NCBI GenBank assembly: GCA_963706445.1
Contig: OY970160.1
Location: 288,001 to 352,000, forward strand
Source of the DNA: an uncultured Nitrososphaerales archaeon
GTDB taxonomy: Archaea > Thermoproteota > Nitrososphaeria > Nitrososphaerales > Gagatemarchaeaceae
Direction: 5' to 3'
DNA: 64,000 bases
Part shown: piece by piece, positions 10,196 to 18,532 of the stretch
How positions within the stretch are numbered: position 1 is the first letter of the stretch
How the letters are laid out: every line of letters begins with the position of its first letter
The notes under the pieces: model-generated
What the model saw: the letters and a program-made list of their open reading frames with translations, nothing else
What the model was told of the DNA's origin: nothing
Database searches by the model: none
Position numbers and translations under genes: made by a program

Positions 10196-11653
10196 CTGCC
10201 AGCCAACCCTGCGTTCAAGCAGATCTCGGAAGTCTCATGGGAGGTCCCCACCTCCTACAAGCCCGGGATGAACGTCCCTGCACGGATCTACGCGACAAAG
10301 AAGCTACTAGAGGCGATGGACTCTGGGGTCATCGAGCAGGCGACGAACGTAGCGTGCCTCCCGGGAATAGTCAGGTACTCCTACGCCATGGCTGACGCCC
10401 ACTGGGGGTATGGGTTTCCCATAGGCGGGGTCGCTGCATTCGACCCAGAAAAAGGGGTGATTTCGCCTGGAGGAGTCGGTTTCGACGTCAATTGCGGTAT
10501 GCGCCTCATAAGGACTAACTTGCACTATTCGGAGGTCAAACCGAAGATTAAGGAACTTGTAGACCTCATCTTCAACCTCGTCCCCGCCGGGGTCGGCGTA
10601 AAGGGCTCTCAGAACTTCTCCCAGTCCGAAATGGGGGACATCACCTCGCTGGGGGTGAAGTGGTGCGCCGAGCACGACCTCGCCTGGGATGACGACCCGG
10701 CCCATGTGGAAGAAGGGGGGTACATCAAGGGGGCAGACATCTCCAAGGTGAGCAGGCAGGCCATAACCCGGGGGGTCAACCAGTTCGGCACCCTCGGCTC
10801 CGGGAACCACTACCTGGAGATCCAGGTGGTCGACCCGGCTAGGTACCTGGACCGGGACCTCGCCAAGGAGTTCGGCATCGTCCACGACGACCAGGTCATG
10901 GTCATGATCCACTGCGGGAGCAGGGGCTTCGGGCACCAGGTGTGCAGCGACTACCTTAGGACCTTCGAGTCGGGGATGCGGAAGTTCGACATCCAGGTGA
11001 GGGACAGGGACCTGGCGTGCCTCCCCTTCAGCTCCAAGGACGGCCAGGACTACTACTCCGCCATGGTCTGCGCTGCCAACTTCGCCTTCGTCAACAGGCA
11101 GATCATAGTCAACAAAGTGAGGGAGGCCTTCTCCCGGGTCTTCCACAAGGACGCCGACGCCCTAGACATGCACCTGATCTACGACGTCTGCCACAACGTG
11201 GCCAAGGTCGAGACGCACTCCTACGACGGAAAGAAGGCGAAGGTCCTCGTCCACAGGAAGGGGGCCACCCGGAGTTTCGGTCCGGGACACCCTGACGTCC
11301 CCGAGGCGTACAGGGCTGTGGGACAGCCCGTAATCATCGGAGGCTCCATGGAGACAGGCTCGTATCTCCTCATCGGGACACAGAAGGCCATGGAGGAGAC
11401 CTTCGGGTCCACGGCGCACGGCTCCGGGAGGACCATGTCGCGGACCCAGGCCAAACGGGAGGTCAGAGGGGCCGAGCTGCAGAGGAAGATGCTTGACAGA
11501 GGGATCTACGTGAAGGCGGCCACCATGGACGGGCTCGCCGAGGAAGCCGGGTTCGCTTACAAGGACATCTCTGAAGTCGTGGAGACCATGGACAAGGCCG
11601 GAATATCCAAGAAGGTCGCCGCCCTCCGCCCGGTGGGCAACATCAAAGGGTGA
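10196..11653 (+). CDS. rtcB: tRNA-splicing ligase RtcB
   Basis: DAHWGYGFPIGG, GFDVNCG, GSGNHY, HCGSRG, HRKGAT, HGSGR. Frame is open upstream to CTG 10196 (first ATG at 10268). Confidence 0.96.
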   Translation: MPANPAFKQISEVSWEVPTSYKPGMNVPARIYATKKLLEAMDSGVIEQATNVACLPGIVRYSYAMADAHWGYGFPIGGVAAFDPEKGVISPGGVGFDVNCGMRLIRTNLHYSEVKPKIKELVDLIFNLVPAGVGVKGSQNFSQSEMGDITSLGVKWCAEHDLAWDDDPAHVEEGGYIKGADISKVSRQAITRGVNQFGTLGSGNHYLEIQVVDPARYLDRDLAKEFGIVHDDQVMVMIHCGSRGFGHQVCSDYLRTFESGMRKFDIQVRDRDLACLPFSSKDGQDYYSAMVCAANFAFVNRQIIVNKVREAFSRVFHKDADALDMHLIYDVCHNVAKVETHSYDGKKAKVLVHRKGATRSFGPGHPDVPEAYRAVGQPVIIGGSMETGSYLLIGTQKAMEETFGSTAHGSGRTMSRTQAKREVRGAELQRKMLDRGIYVKAATMDGLAEEAGFAYKDISEVVETMDKAGISKKVAALRPVGNIKG

Positions 11654-12072
11654 TGAGTCTGGTCTCGTTCCACTTCCCTGCCGACCCGCTGGGGTTCGTG
11701 ATCTATCTCGTCGGGCTCCTGGTCCTCTGGATCGTTATCTCCATTCCAGTCTATTTCGCAGGGAGGGCCATCAAAGGGAGGACTGCGAGCTTCGGGGACG
11801 CCCTTGGCGCGACCCTCGGCGGGGTCATCGTCTACTATATCATCTATTTCGCCGTTGCACTCCTTCTCGGGGCAGTGATAGGAAGCTCCGCGGAGGTCCT
11901 CGCCCTGCTACTGGGTCTGATCGCATGGCTTGCAGTGTTCAGGGCCGCGTTCCACACAGGGTGGTTCGGGGCGGTCGGAATCGTTATCCTCTCATGGCTT
12001 ATCCTGCTGGTCCTCGACTTCTTCCTGGTGGCGATCTTCGGGGTAAGGTTCCCCGACTTCTTCCCGTTCTGA
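11653..12072 (+). CDS. Hypothetical four-TM membrane protein
   Basis: Hydrophobic 139 aa; TGATG overlap with the rtcB stop. Confidence 0.75.
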   Translation: MSLVSFHFPADPLGFVIYLVGLLVLWIVISIPVYFAGRAIKGRTASFGDALGATLGGVIVYYIIYFAVALLLGAVIGSSAEVLALLLGLIAWLAVFRAAFHTGWFGAVGIVILSWLILLVLDFFLVAIFGVRFPDFFPF

Positions 12073-12076
12073 GGAT

Positions 12077-12862
12077 TTACCCTATGTATCCGGGCCTCTG
12101 CTCGCGGCTCGGCTGAGGGGTCGTCTCCCTCGCCTGCTCCGCCATGGCCTGAAGCTGGCTGATGACCTTCTGGGTCTCTTCGGCCTTCGCTTCGAGCTTC
12201 GAGGTGTCTAAGGGGAGGTCCACCACCTTGGATAGTGTCTCCAGGACCGCCTTCGACGCCCCGGCGTCGACCACGTACCCCGAGGTCTCGCCGAGCAGGC
12301 ACGCCCCCTCGAGCCCCCGAAGGGCTGCGATCCCTATGAGGACCCCGTTCATGCCGCTAATCCCCCCATCTTTCATCAATGTGGCTCCGTTCTCGGAAAG
12401 CGACTTCACGATATCCTTGGAGGTCCCTGCTCCGAACACCCGCGGAGACTTCGAAAAGTTCCCGGTGATGTATGCCGCCAGGGTGTAGACCTTCTTCACC
12501 CCGCACTTCTTGGCGAACTTCACCACGGCGTCCGACAGCTCGTACTCTCCCTCCGCTGTCGTAGGCTGCGCGTCAGCCGTAAAGACGAAAAGCCCCCGCC
12601 CCCTCTTGACCGAGGCGTAGTACAGCTCCCCTCTCGGCGGGTCCACTGTCCCGTCCTCCTTGACGCTCACCTGCGGTGGAAAGGTCGAGCTCGAATACTC
12701 TGCGACCCGTTTGAGCTTGAACGAGCTGACCAGGTGGTCTGCCGCCAGCTTCCCCACGTATCCGCTCCCGGGGAGCCCGCAGACCAGGACCGGGTTCACA
12801 GCCTTCGGCACGTCAATGACCTTCTCCGAGATTATGGGAACACCTGCTTTTCCGCCCGTCAT
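12077..12862 (-). CDS. PAC2-family proteasome assembly chaperone (PbaB-like)
   Basis: GLPGSGYVGKLAADHL, GISGMNG, CLLGET, C-terminal HbYX-like GYIG. Confidence 0.88.
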   Translation of the reverse strand: MTGGKAGVPIISEKVIDVPKAVNPVLVCGLPGSGYVGKLAADHLVSSFKLKRVAEYSSSTFPPQVSVKEDGTVDPPRGELYYASVKRGRGLFVFTADAQPTTAEGEYELSDAVVKFAKKCGVKKVYTLAAYITGNFSKSPRVFGAGTSKDIVKSLSENGATLMKDGGISGMNGVLIGIAALRGLEGACLLGETSGYVVDAGASKAVLETLSKVVDLPLDTSKLEAKAEETQKVISQLQAMAEQARETTPQPSREQRPGYIG

Positions 12863-13239
12863 TCCTTCTTCCTCCCCAACTTCTCGCTGAGGTCGACCAG
12901 CTTCCCCTGGTCCATGACCTTGATCGAAGTGTTGAGCCTGAACCTCAGCCCAAGCTGCCTGAATATCGAAAGGAGCTCCCCACCCGCAATCTTCTCGGCG
13001 AGCCTCCCGTCCCTGATCATTACCGCAATCTCCTTCATCAGCCTCTCTGTCTCTTCCGGGTAGAACGAATAGGCCGCCTCAAGGACCTCGTCCCCGCGGT
13101 CGTAGAGCATACCCTCGACCACCTGCCTGTCCGTCTTCTCCTGCTTTGCAGAAGGGGGAGCCGCCTTCATCCTCCGCCTGATTGCTTCCAGCTTCCTCTG
13201 CTCCAGCAGCTTCAGGTCCGCGTCCTCTTCCATGGTCAT
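12859..13239 (-). CDS. PDCD5-like double-stranded DNA-binding protein
   Basis: EEDADLKLLEQRKLEAIRR N-terminus and family-like helical core; the upstream part of ORF 12859..13779 is a shadow of eamA. Confidence 0.75.
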   Translation of the reverse strand: MTMEEDADLKLLEQRKLEAIRRRMKAAPPSAKQEKTDRQVVEGMLYDRGDEVLEAAYSFYPEETERLMKEIAVMIRDGRLAEKIAGGELLSIFRQLGLRFRLNTSIKVMDQGKLVDLSEKLGRKKE

Positions 13240-13277
13240 TGTGGCGACCGATTCCTTCGAAATAAAACGATTGCTGA

Positions 13278-14150
13278 CTAATGGTGGCCGCTTGTCGCAA
13301 GGGCCACAGCGACCAGGAGCAACGCACCTCCGGCTATCGTCGCCGCAGCGAGGCTCTCTCCGAGTATCAGCACCCCCCCCACGGCGCTGACGGCAGGCAC
13401 TAGGTAGAGCTGGACCCCCAGCCTTGAGAGCTGGTGCCTGGAGACCAGGGTGAAGAATATCATGTTTGCCAGCACCGTGCTGAGCAGGGCGAGGTATAGG
13501 ACCGAGACCCACCCGTAGGCAGACATGCTCTCCGCCTGCTGGACCAGACTCGGCGAGATGAGCGGGGTTAGGATTGCTGTGCCGAGGAAAGCGGCCCAGG
13601 CCGCCACTGGGAACGGCCCATACTTCATGGCCAGGGGTTTCGAAGCGACTGTGAAAGTACCGCCCGATATCGCGGCGATTACCACGAGGAGCGGACCAGT
13701 CCAACTGGAGCCGCTCAATATCAGGTCTGGAGAGGCGACAAGGACTGAACCCACTATCGCTAGAGCGACCGCCCACCACAGCCTGGACCGGGTCTTTTCG
13801 TGGAGGACTAGGACCGAGAGAAGCACGGTCGTGAGGGGGCCTATGGAGATCAGAAGACCCGCAAGCGACGCGTCCACCTGCACCTCGGCTGTGTTCAGCG
13901 CCAGGTGGTAGATCACGACGCTGGTGAGCGCGACGACGAGGAGCCTAGGGAAGTCTCTTCTTTCGAACTTGGTCTTCGACTTGATTACGAACGGATAGAT
14001 GACAAGGAATCCTGCGCTGACTATGAACCAACGAAGAAGGGTAAGGTTGATCGGGCTTAGTTCGAAGTCTGCGCGCCTAATTGCTACGAACGCCAAGCCC
14101 CAGATGACTGACAGTGTGATCAGAAGGGAGTAGCTCCGAAGGCTGACCAA
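13278..14150 (-). CDS. EamA/DMT family transporter
   Basis: IWGLAFVAIR, about 10 TM segments, LILGE; start placed at TTG 14150. Confidence 0.9.
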   Translation of the reverse strand: MVSLRSYSLLITLSVIWGLAFVAIRRADFELSPINLTLLRWFIVSAGFLVIYPFVIKSKTKFERRDFPRLLVVALTSVVIYHLALNTAEVQVDASLAGLLISIGPLTTVLLSVLVLHEKTRSRLWWAVALAIVGSVLVASPDLILSGSSWTGPLLVVIAAISGGTFTVASKPLAMKYGPFPVAAWAAFLGTAILTPLISPSLVQQAESMSAYGWVSVLYLALLSTVLANMIFFTLVSRHQLSRLGVQLYLVPAVSAVGGVLILGESLAAATIAGGALLLVAVALATSGHH

Positions 14151-14254
14151 CCGAGGTCCGACGGAAAAGTTCGCTTTAAGGGACGCGATTGTAGGTTGAG
14201 GGTATCCGTTGGTCCCAGCAAGCCTATACTCTCCGACTGGATTCAATCTAACAA

Positions 14255-15370
14255 TTGCTCGACCCGCAGGTCTCCCTCGACGAAAATCAAGAGGAACTCC
14301 TCACCCTCCTGCGGACCAAGAACCTGAGCATCAAGTACCTCGACGAGAATAAGAAGGCCGAGCTCAAACAGTTCCTGGACTACCTCCACAACACGAGAGG
14401 CTTGTCCCTCAACGACGTGGCGAAGCTTGTGGGGAACAAGACAAGCGGATACACATCCTGGTTATGCAGGCAGCTGGGGGTTCCGAGACGGCCCTTCGAA
14501 GAAGCCAGGCTAAAGGGGATCAGAGAGAAGAGGAGGAAGCACGAGCGGACGCCCTTCGACGGGACGGACGAGGACAAGGCGTACCTGCTGGGGCTCAGGC
14601 ACGGGGACCTGTCCGTGTACAAACCCTACAATGGCGTTCTGCGCATATCCACGAGCACAACTCATCCTGCCATGGTGCAATTGTTCCGTTCTCTGTTCGA
14701 ACCATACGGACACGTCTACCAAGATCCTCGTTTCAAGAAGGATACAAATTCTTACGAATGGAACACCTATGCTTTCGTAGACGAGAGTTTCGATTTCCTA
14801 TCCCTCACCTTCTCGGACGCTGCGGACTGGATTCTTTCGAAACCTTCGATTACCAAAGCGTACCTAGCAGGATTTCTCGACGCCGAAGGTAGTATCGGGA
14901 TCTATGCGGCTAAGCTGCTAACCAGTGTTAGAATCACTTACTACAATACGAACCTCCCATTGATGAGATTTGTACACACAGCCATAACAAGTCTGGGATT
15001 CCATCCGGTTGAGCCCTACCTTGACAAGAAGAAAGGATTCAGATCGCCTGGCTACCACATTGAAATGAAGAAGGACTATTGGCGGGTCGTCTTGGGTAGA
15101 TTCGCAGAATGTCAGAGGTTCCTCAGAGAGATTCCCACTAGACATTCAGAGAAGATTCGAAAGTGCGAATTGGCTTGTTCGCTAATGCCGATGCATCCCT
15201 GGAAAGACTCTGGACCTAAAATGCAGGAAATCAGAAACTCGATCAAATCCGCCCGGGATCTGTTCGTTGGAGAAGCCGAGAAAACCCACCTTGCCATGCC
15301 GCACAGAAAAGCAACGAGAGAGAAATCAGGCATTGCCTTGGCCGAGCCTCGTGGCGCTACGGCTGTGTGA
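14255..15370 (+). CDS. Free-standing double-motif LAGLIDADG endonuclease-like protein with N-terminal HTH
   Basis: AYLLGLRHGDL and AYLAGFLDAEGS motifs; HTH-like GLSLNDVAKLVG...SWLCRQLGV; AT-richer 3' two-thirds. Confidence 0.85.
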   Translation: MLDPQVSLDENQEELLTLLRTKNLSIKYLDENKKAELKQFLDYLHNTRGLSLNDVAKLVGNKTSGYTSWLCRQLGVPRRPFEEARLKGIREKRRKHERTPFDGTDEDKAYLLGLRHGDLSVYKPYNGVLRISTSTTHPAMVQLFRSLFEPYGHVYQDPRFKKDTNSYEWNTYAFVDESFDFLSLTFSDAADWILSKPSITKAYLAGFLDAEGSIGIYAAKLLTSVRITYYNTNLPLMRFVHTAITSLGFHPVEPYLDKKKGFRSPGYHIEMKKDYWRVVLGRFAECQRFLREIPTRHSEKIRKCELACSLMPMHPWKDSGPKMQEIRNSIKSARDLFVGEAEKTHLAMPHRKATREKSGIALAEPRGATAV

Positions 15371-15785
15371 TTTTGATACTGAGCGTCGGGCACGAAGTCT
15401 CACATGCCATGCAGAAGATACAGTCCATCTCCCTTACGGGCTCGGACTTGTCGCTTCTGTACTGGTCCCAATCTGGCGTCCCCTGCTCGACGACCTTGTC
15501 TTTGCCTGTCCCGGCCTGACCTGGGTTCAGCTGCCACTCGAATACGAATACCGGGCAGACGTCCATGCAGACCCCATCCGCTACGCACGACTCCCAGTCG
15601 ATGGCTACCTGGGTCCCGTGAATCCCATTCGTGGTAGGATAGGGCTTCCCTTCTCCGTCCATCCTGGCCGTCCCCTGGGCCCTTACCTTGTGCCCGGCGT
15701 GCTCGCCGGTGATAGGGAACTGGTCCGGCTTCGACAGAAACGCCGGGTCTATCGGCGCTGATTTGTAGCCTACATCACGAGTCAA
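15357..15785 (-). CDS. zfx: Zinc-containing (Zfx-type) dicluster ferredoxin
   Basis: IDP..GEHAGHKV..GIHGT His ligands, CVADGVC..CP and CIFCMACETSCP. Confidence 0.88.
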   Translation of the reverse strand: MTRDVGYKSAPIDPAFLSKPDQFPITGEHAGHKVRAQGTARMDGEGKPYPTTNGIHGTQVAIDWESCVADGVCMDVCPVFVFEWQLNPGQAGTGKDKVVEQGTPDWDQYRSDKSEPVREMDCIFCMACETSCPTLSIKITQP

Positions 15786-15822
15786 TGTGTTGGACTTGCG
15801 TCTCCGTCAGGTGGTTATAAGT

Positions 15823-16515
15823 TTAGTCGTCTCTTTTCAGGACTTCGAACTTTCCATCGGGCCTTAGCTTGTAAACGGTGATCGGTTTGAAGGTGAAGAT
15901 CCCCACCTCAGCCACACCGGGGGTCGACTTCACAGTCATCTCCAACCCTCGCGGGTCTTTGATGGGCTCGAATAATGTGTCGAGCATTATGTTACCATTC
16001 TCTGTAAAATACGGATACCCCTTCGGCATCAGCCTCTGATCAGGTACTCCTCCGAGCATCGACAGCTTCACCTTCGCGCTCTCCCTGGCGATTGGGTAGA
16101 CCTCCACGGGGACCCTGACCCCGTTCTCGCCGAGCTTCGACACGAACTTGTTCTCGGCAGCTACGACCGCCACGCTCCTGGCGCTCCCCATGACCACCTT
16201 CTCCTTCAGAAGAGCCCCTCCTCCCCCCTTCATGAGGTTGAGCTCAGAGTCCACCTGGTCCGCACCGTCTACAACCAGGTCCACCGACCCCCTGAACGGG
16301 ACGAGGTTGATACCGCACTTGCTGGCTACGAGTTCGATCTGTGTCGATGTCGCGACCCCGTTGATGGCTTTCCCTTTAGCGATGACCAGGGGGGAAAGCT
16401 CCTCCAACAGCATGGCGACCGTGGACCCGCTCCCGAGCCCCATGGTGGTGCCCGAGCCTATGGTCTTGGCAAGCTCCCTGGCTACACCCTTCAGAGCCTC
16501 CCTGATTCGGTCCAT
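15823..16515 (-). CDS. rpiA: Ribose-5-phosphate isomerase A
   Basis: GLGSGST, DGADQVD, KGGGGALLKEK. Confidence 0.95.
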   Translation of the reverse strand: MDRIREALKGVARELAKTIGSGTTMGLGSGSTVAMLLEELSPLVIAKGKAINGVATSTQIELVASKCGINLVPFRGSVDLVVDGADQVDSELNLMKGGGGALLKEKVVMGSARSVAVVAAENKFVSKLGENGVRVPVEVYPIARESAKVKLSMLGGVPDQRLMPKGYPYFTENGNIMLDTLFEPIKDPRGLEMTVKSTPGVAEVGIFTFKPITVYKLRPDGKFEVLKRDD

Positions 16516-17177
16516 CAGTTTTCCTGCTGCTTCTTCTCCATGTCTATCTGTTCTAAGCGCGCCAGCTCTCCCATCACGTCGTCCATAATCTCCTTCCTCC
16601 GCTTCTCCGACTCTGTCATCTCGGTCTTTGCCTTCCTCTCGACCGCCTTCTCGAGCTCGGCGCCGCGGTCGGCCTTCGGGGCTGCCTCCTTCTTCGCTGG
16701 TGCCGGGGCGGCGGGTCCGAGCCTCTCCCGGGCCACATCGAGCCTCGCCTCTATGTTCTGGATCTTGCCTTCGAAAAGAGAAATCAGGTCGTTCCTCAGG
16801 CCCTCCAGCTCACCCACCTCCACGACAAGCTCCACGTCCTTCAGCTTCGACTGGAGGTCCTTTATCTGGTCGCTGTAGCGCTTCGATATCATCTCCCTCT
16901 CCTCCTTTGTGATCCTTCCCTCTGTCTCTGCCTCGTAGAGCTTCATCATTGCCGACGAGAGCAGGTCCCTCTCCACCATTACGGTCCGCATCTCTCTCCT
17001 CGAGCGCTCCAGGTCGGTCGAGGTGACGGTGGATTCCTTTGCCCTTGGACTGGATTCCGCCCGGGGGACCGCGACCTTCTCAGACTTTGGACGCGAGTAG
17101 TACACGTAGCGGGCGACGACACCACCTAGGCCGAGGCCTACGGCCAAAGCGACTACGGCAGTCAGAACATCGACCAT
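16515..17177 (-). CDS. Hypothetical membrane-anchored coiled-coil protein
   Basis: N-terminal TM, long heptad-rich helices, host-like codon usage; stop overlaps the rpiA start. Confidence 0.75.
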   Translation of the reverse strand: MVDVLTAVVALAVGLGLGGVVARYVYYSRPKSEKVAVPRAESSPRAKESTVTSTDLERSRREMRTVMVERDLLSSAMMKLYEAETEGRITKEEREMISKRYSDQIKDLQSKLKDVELVVEVGELEGLRNDLISLFEGKIQNIEARLDVARERLGPAAPAPAKKEAAPKADRGAELEKAVERKAKTEMTESEKRRKEIMDDVMGELARLEQIDMEKKQQEN

Positions 17178-17238
17178 GTAGGTGATTCCTGCCCGTGCTC
17201 CAGGGCCTTCGATATAAAAGTAGGATTCCTGTGTTTTA

Positions 17239-17469
17239 TCAGCCTGGCGGCGGAGAGATCATGATGATGTTGTCCCCGCGGACGATGAGCGTCCCCAACG
17301 ACGTCGAGGCGCCGTCCTCGGTGACCTCCTCTGCCTTCTCTAGCGAGAGGTTCATGTGCTGGTCGAAGCCCTGAAGGTTCCCCCTGATCACTTTCCCTCC
17401 CTTAAGCTTGATTAGTACGACCTTCCCCATGCTCGTCTCGAGCTCCTTGACAGCCATGTCTGCTGACAA
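17239..17469 (-). CDS. Sm-like archaeal protein (SmAP/Lsm)
   Basis: GNLQGFDQHMNLSL and IVRGDNII Sm1/Sm2 motifs. Confidence 0.95.
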   Translation of the reverse strand: MSADMAVKELETSMGKVVLIKLKGGKVIRGNLQGFDQHMNLSLEKAEEVTEDGASTSLGTLIVRGDNIIMISPPPG

Positions 17470-17531
17470 TCGAATTCCTTGTGCCGGCCTCTCGAATTGA
17501 TTTATTTAAGGAGTCATACATCTCTTGGCAG

Positions 17532-18011
17532 TTGAAGAAGTGGGTCCTGTCCCGGCGGGATTCCGTCGAGACCATATCGAAGATCGAGTCCTCCCTCGGA
17601 CTTGCTCTGGACCTTTCGAAATCAGCCCAGGCGCAGTGCACCGAACCAGAGGAGGGCGCGGTGTTTGTCGCCCTGGACGGCTATGAGTTCGTGCAGGAAG
17701 GGGAGAGCTACATCCCATACCTCGGTTCACAGCCGACCCTGGGGTTGTTCCCGCAGGCGGTGGTGGACGAGGGCGCGATCAAGTTCCTGCTCAACGGGGC
17801 AGACGTGATGCGGCCGGGGATAAGGAAGTTCGACGACTGGGGCCCGGCCGGAAGGATGGTGGTGGTCAGAGAGGAGAAGAAGGGGAGGGCGATCTCCGTG
17901 GGGCCCACTCTGGTGAGCAGCTCCGAGGCCCAGGGGATGTCCAAGGGGGGGTGCATAAGGAACGTCCACCACGTCGGGGACAGGTACTGGAACCTCCACA
18001 AGGCCCTGTGA
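17532..18011 (+). CDS. PUA-domain RNA-binding protein (Tma20/MCT-1-like)
   Basis: VDEGAIKFLLNGADVMRPGI, HHVGD; start placed at TTG 17532. Confidence 0.88.
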   Translation: MKKWVLSRRDSVETISKIESSLGLALDLSKSAQAQCTEPEEGAVFVALDGYEFVQEGESYIPYLGSQPTLGLFPQAVVDEGAIKFLLNGADVMRPGIRKFDDWGPAGRMVVVREEKKGRAISVGPTLVSSSEAQGMSKGGCIRNVHHVGDRYWNLHKAL

Positions 18012-18157
18012 CGTAGGACACTTTCACCGAACCCTCCCCTTATATGCTGAGAACGAAATTCGCCATCTCTGAACTATTCTCTACAACTCGGTCTAACTAA
18101 TTCATACGCTTCATAGAATTGCAGAGCCGCCCTATGCTTAATAATAGGGGACGGGTC

Positions 18158-18472
18158 ATGGACAACAACCAAGAAATGTCTGGAGTTATGCAGGAGCGCA
18201 AGATGGAAGGGAAGAGCAAGGAGATCCTGCTGAAGGCCCTCAACCTAAGGAGCATAGAGGACATCCCAAAGATCCAGGAAGACGTGGCCAATAAGACGAT
18301 CATCATCCTGAAGGTGACCCCTCTAGCGCAGAAGAGCCTCGAGGAGCTGAAGTCCTCCGTCGAACAGCTGTATGAATATGCGACTTCAGTGGGCGGCGAC
18401 ATCGCCAGGCTCGGGGACGAAAGGGTAGTGATAACCCCGCCCGGCGTCAAAATCTGGCGCGGGCTGCAGTAG
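18158..18472 (+). CDS. sepF: Cell division protein SepF (archaeal type)
   Basis: GGDIARLG..VVITP signature; start uncertain (18158 or 18176). Confidence 0.85.
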   Translation: MDNNQEMSGVMQERKMEGKSKEILLKALNLRSIEDIPKIQEDVANKTIIILKVTPLAQKSLEELKSSVEQLYEYATSVGGDIARLGDERVVITPPGVKIWRGLQ

Positions 18473-18532
18473 CGTCGTTAACCCAAACCCCGCAGAGCTC
18501 ACATGGCCGATAAGAAGGCTAACAGATTCGAA

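Noticed and set aside
13240-13779. 306-aa ORF extension of the PDCD5-like gene
   Set aside because: Off-frame overlap with eamA; only the last ~126 aa look real
14255-15370. LAGLIDADG ORF as an intein or an intron-encoded endonuclease
   Set aside because: No Hint-domain termini, no interrupted gene and no exon-flanking BHB motif found
18035-18080. Fluoride-riboswitch-like GAGAUGG on the minus strand upstream of sepF
   Set aside because: Downstream conserved elements are absent and there is no co-oriented gene directly following
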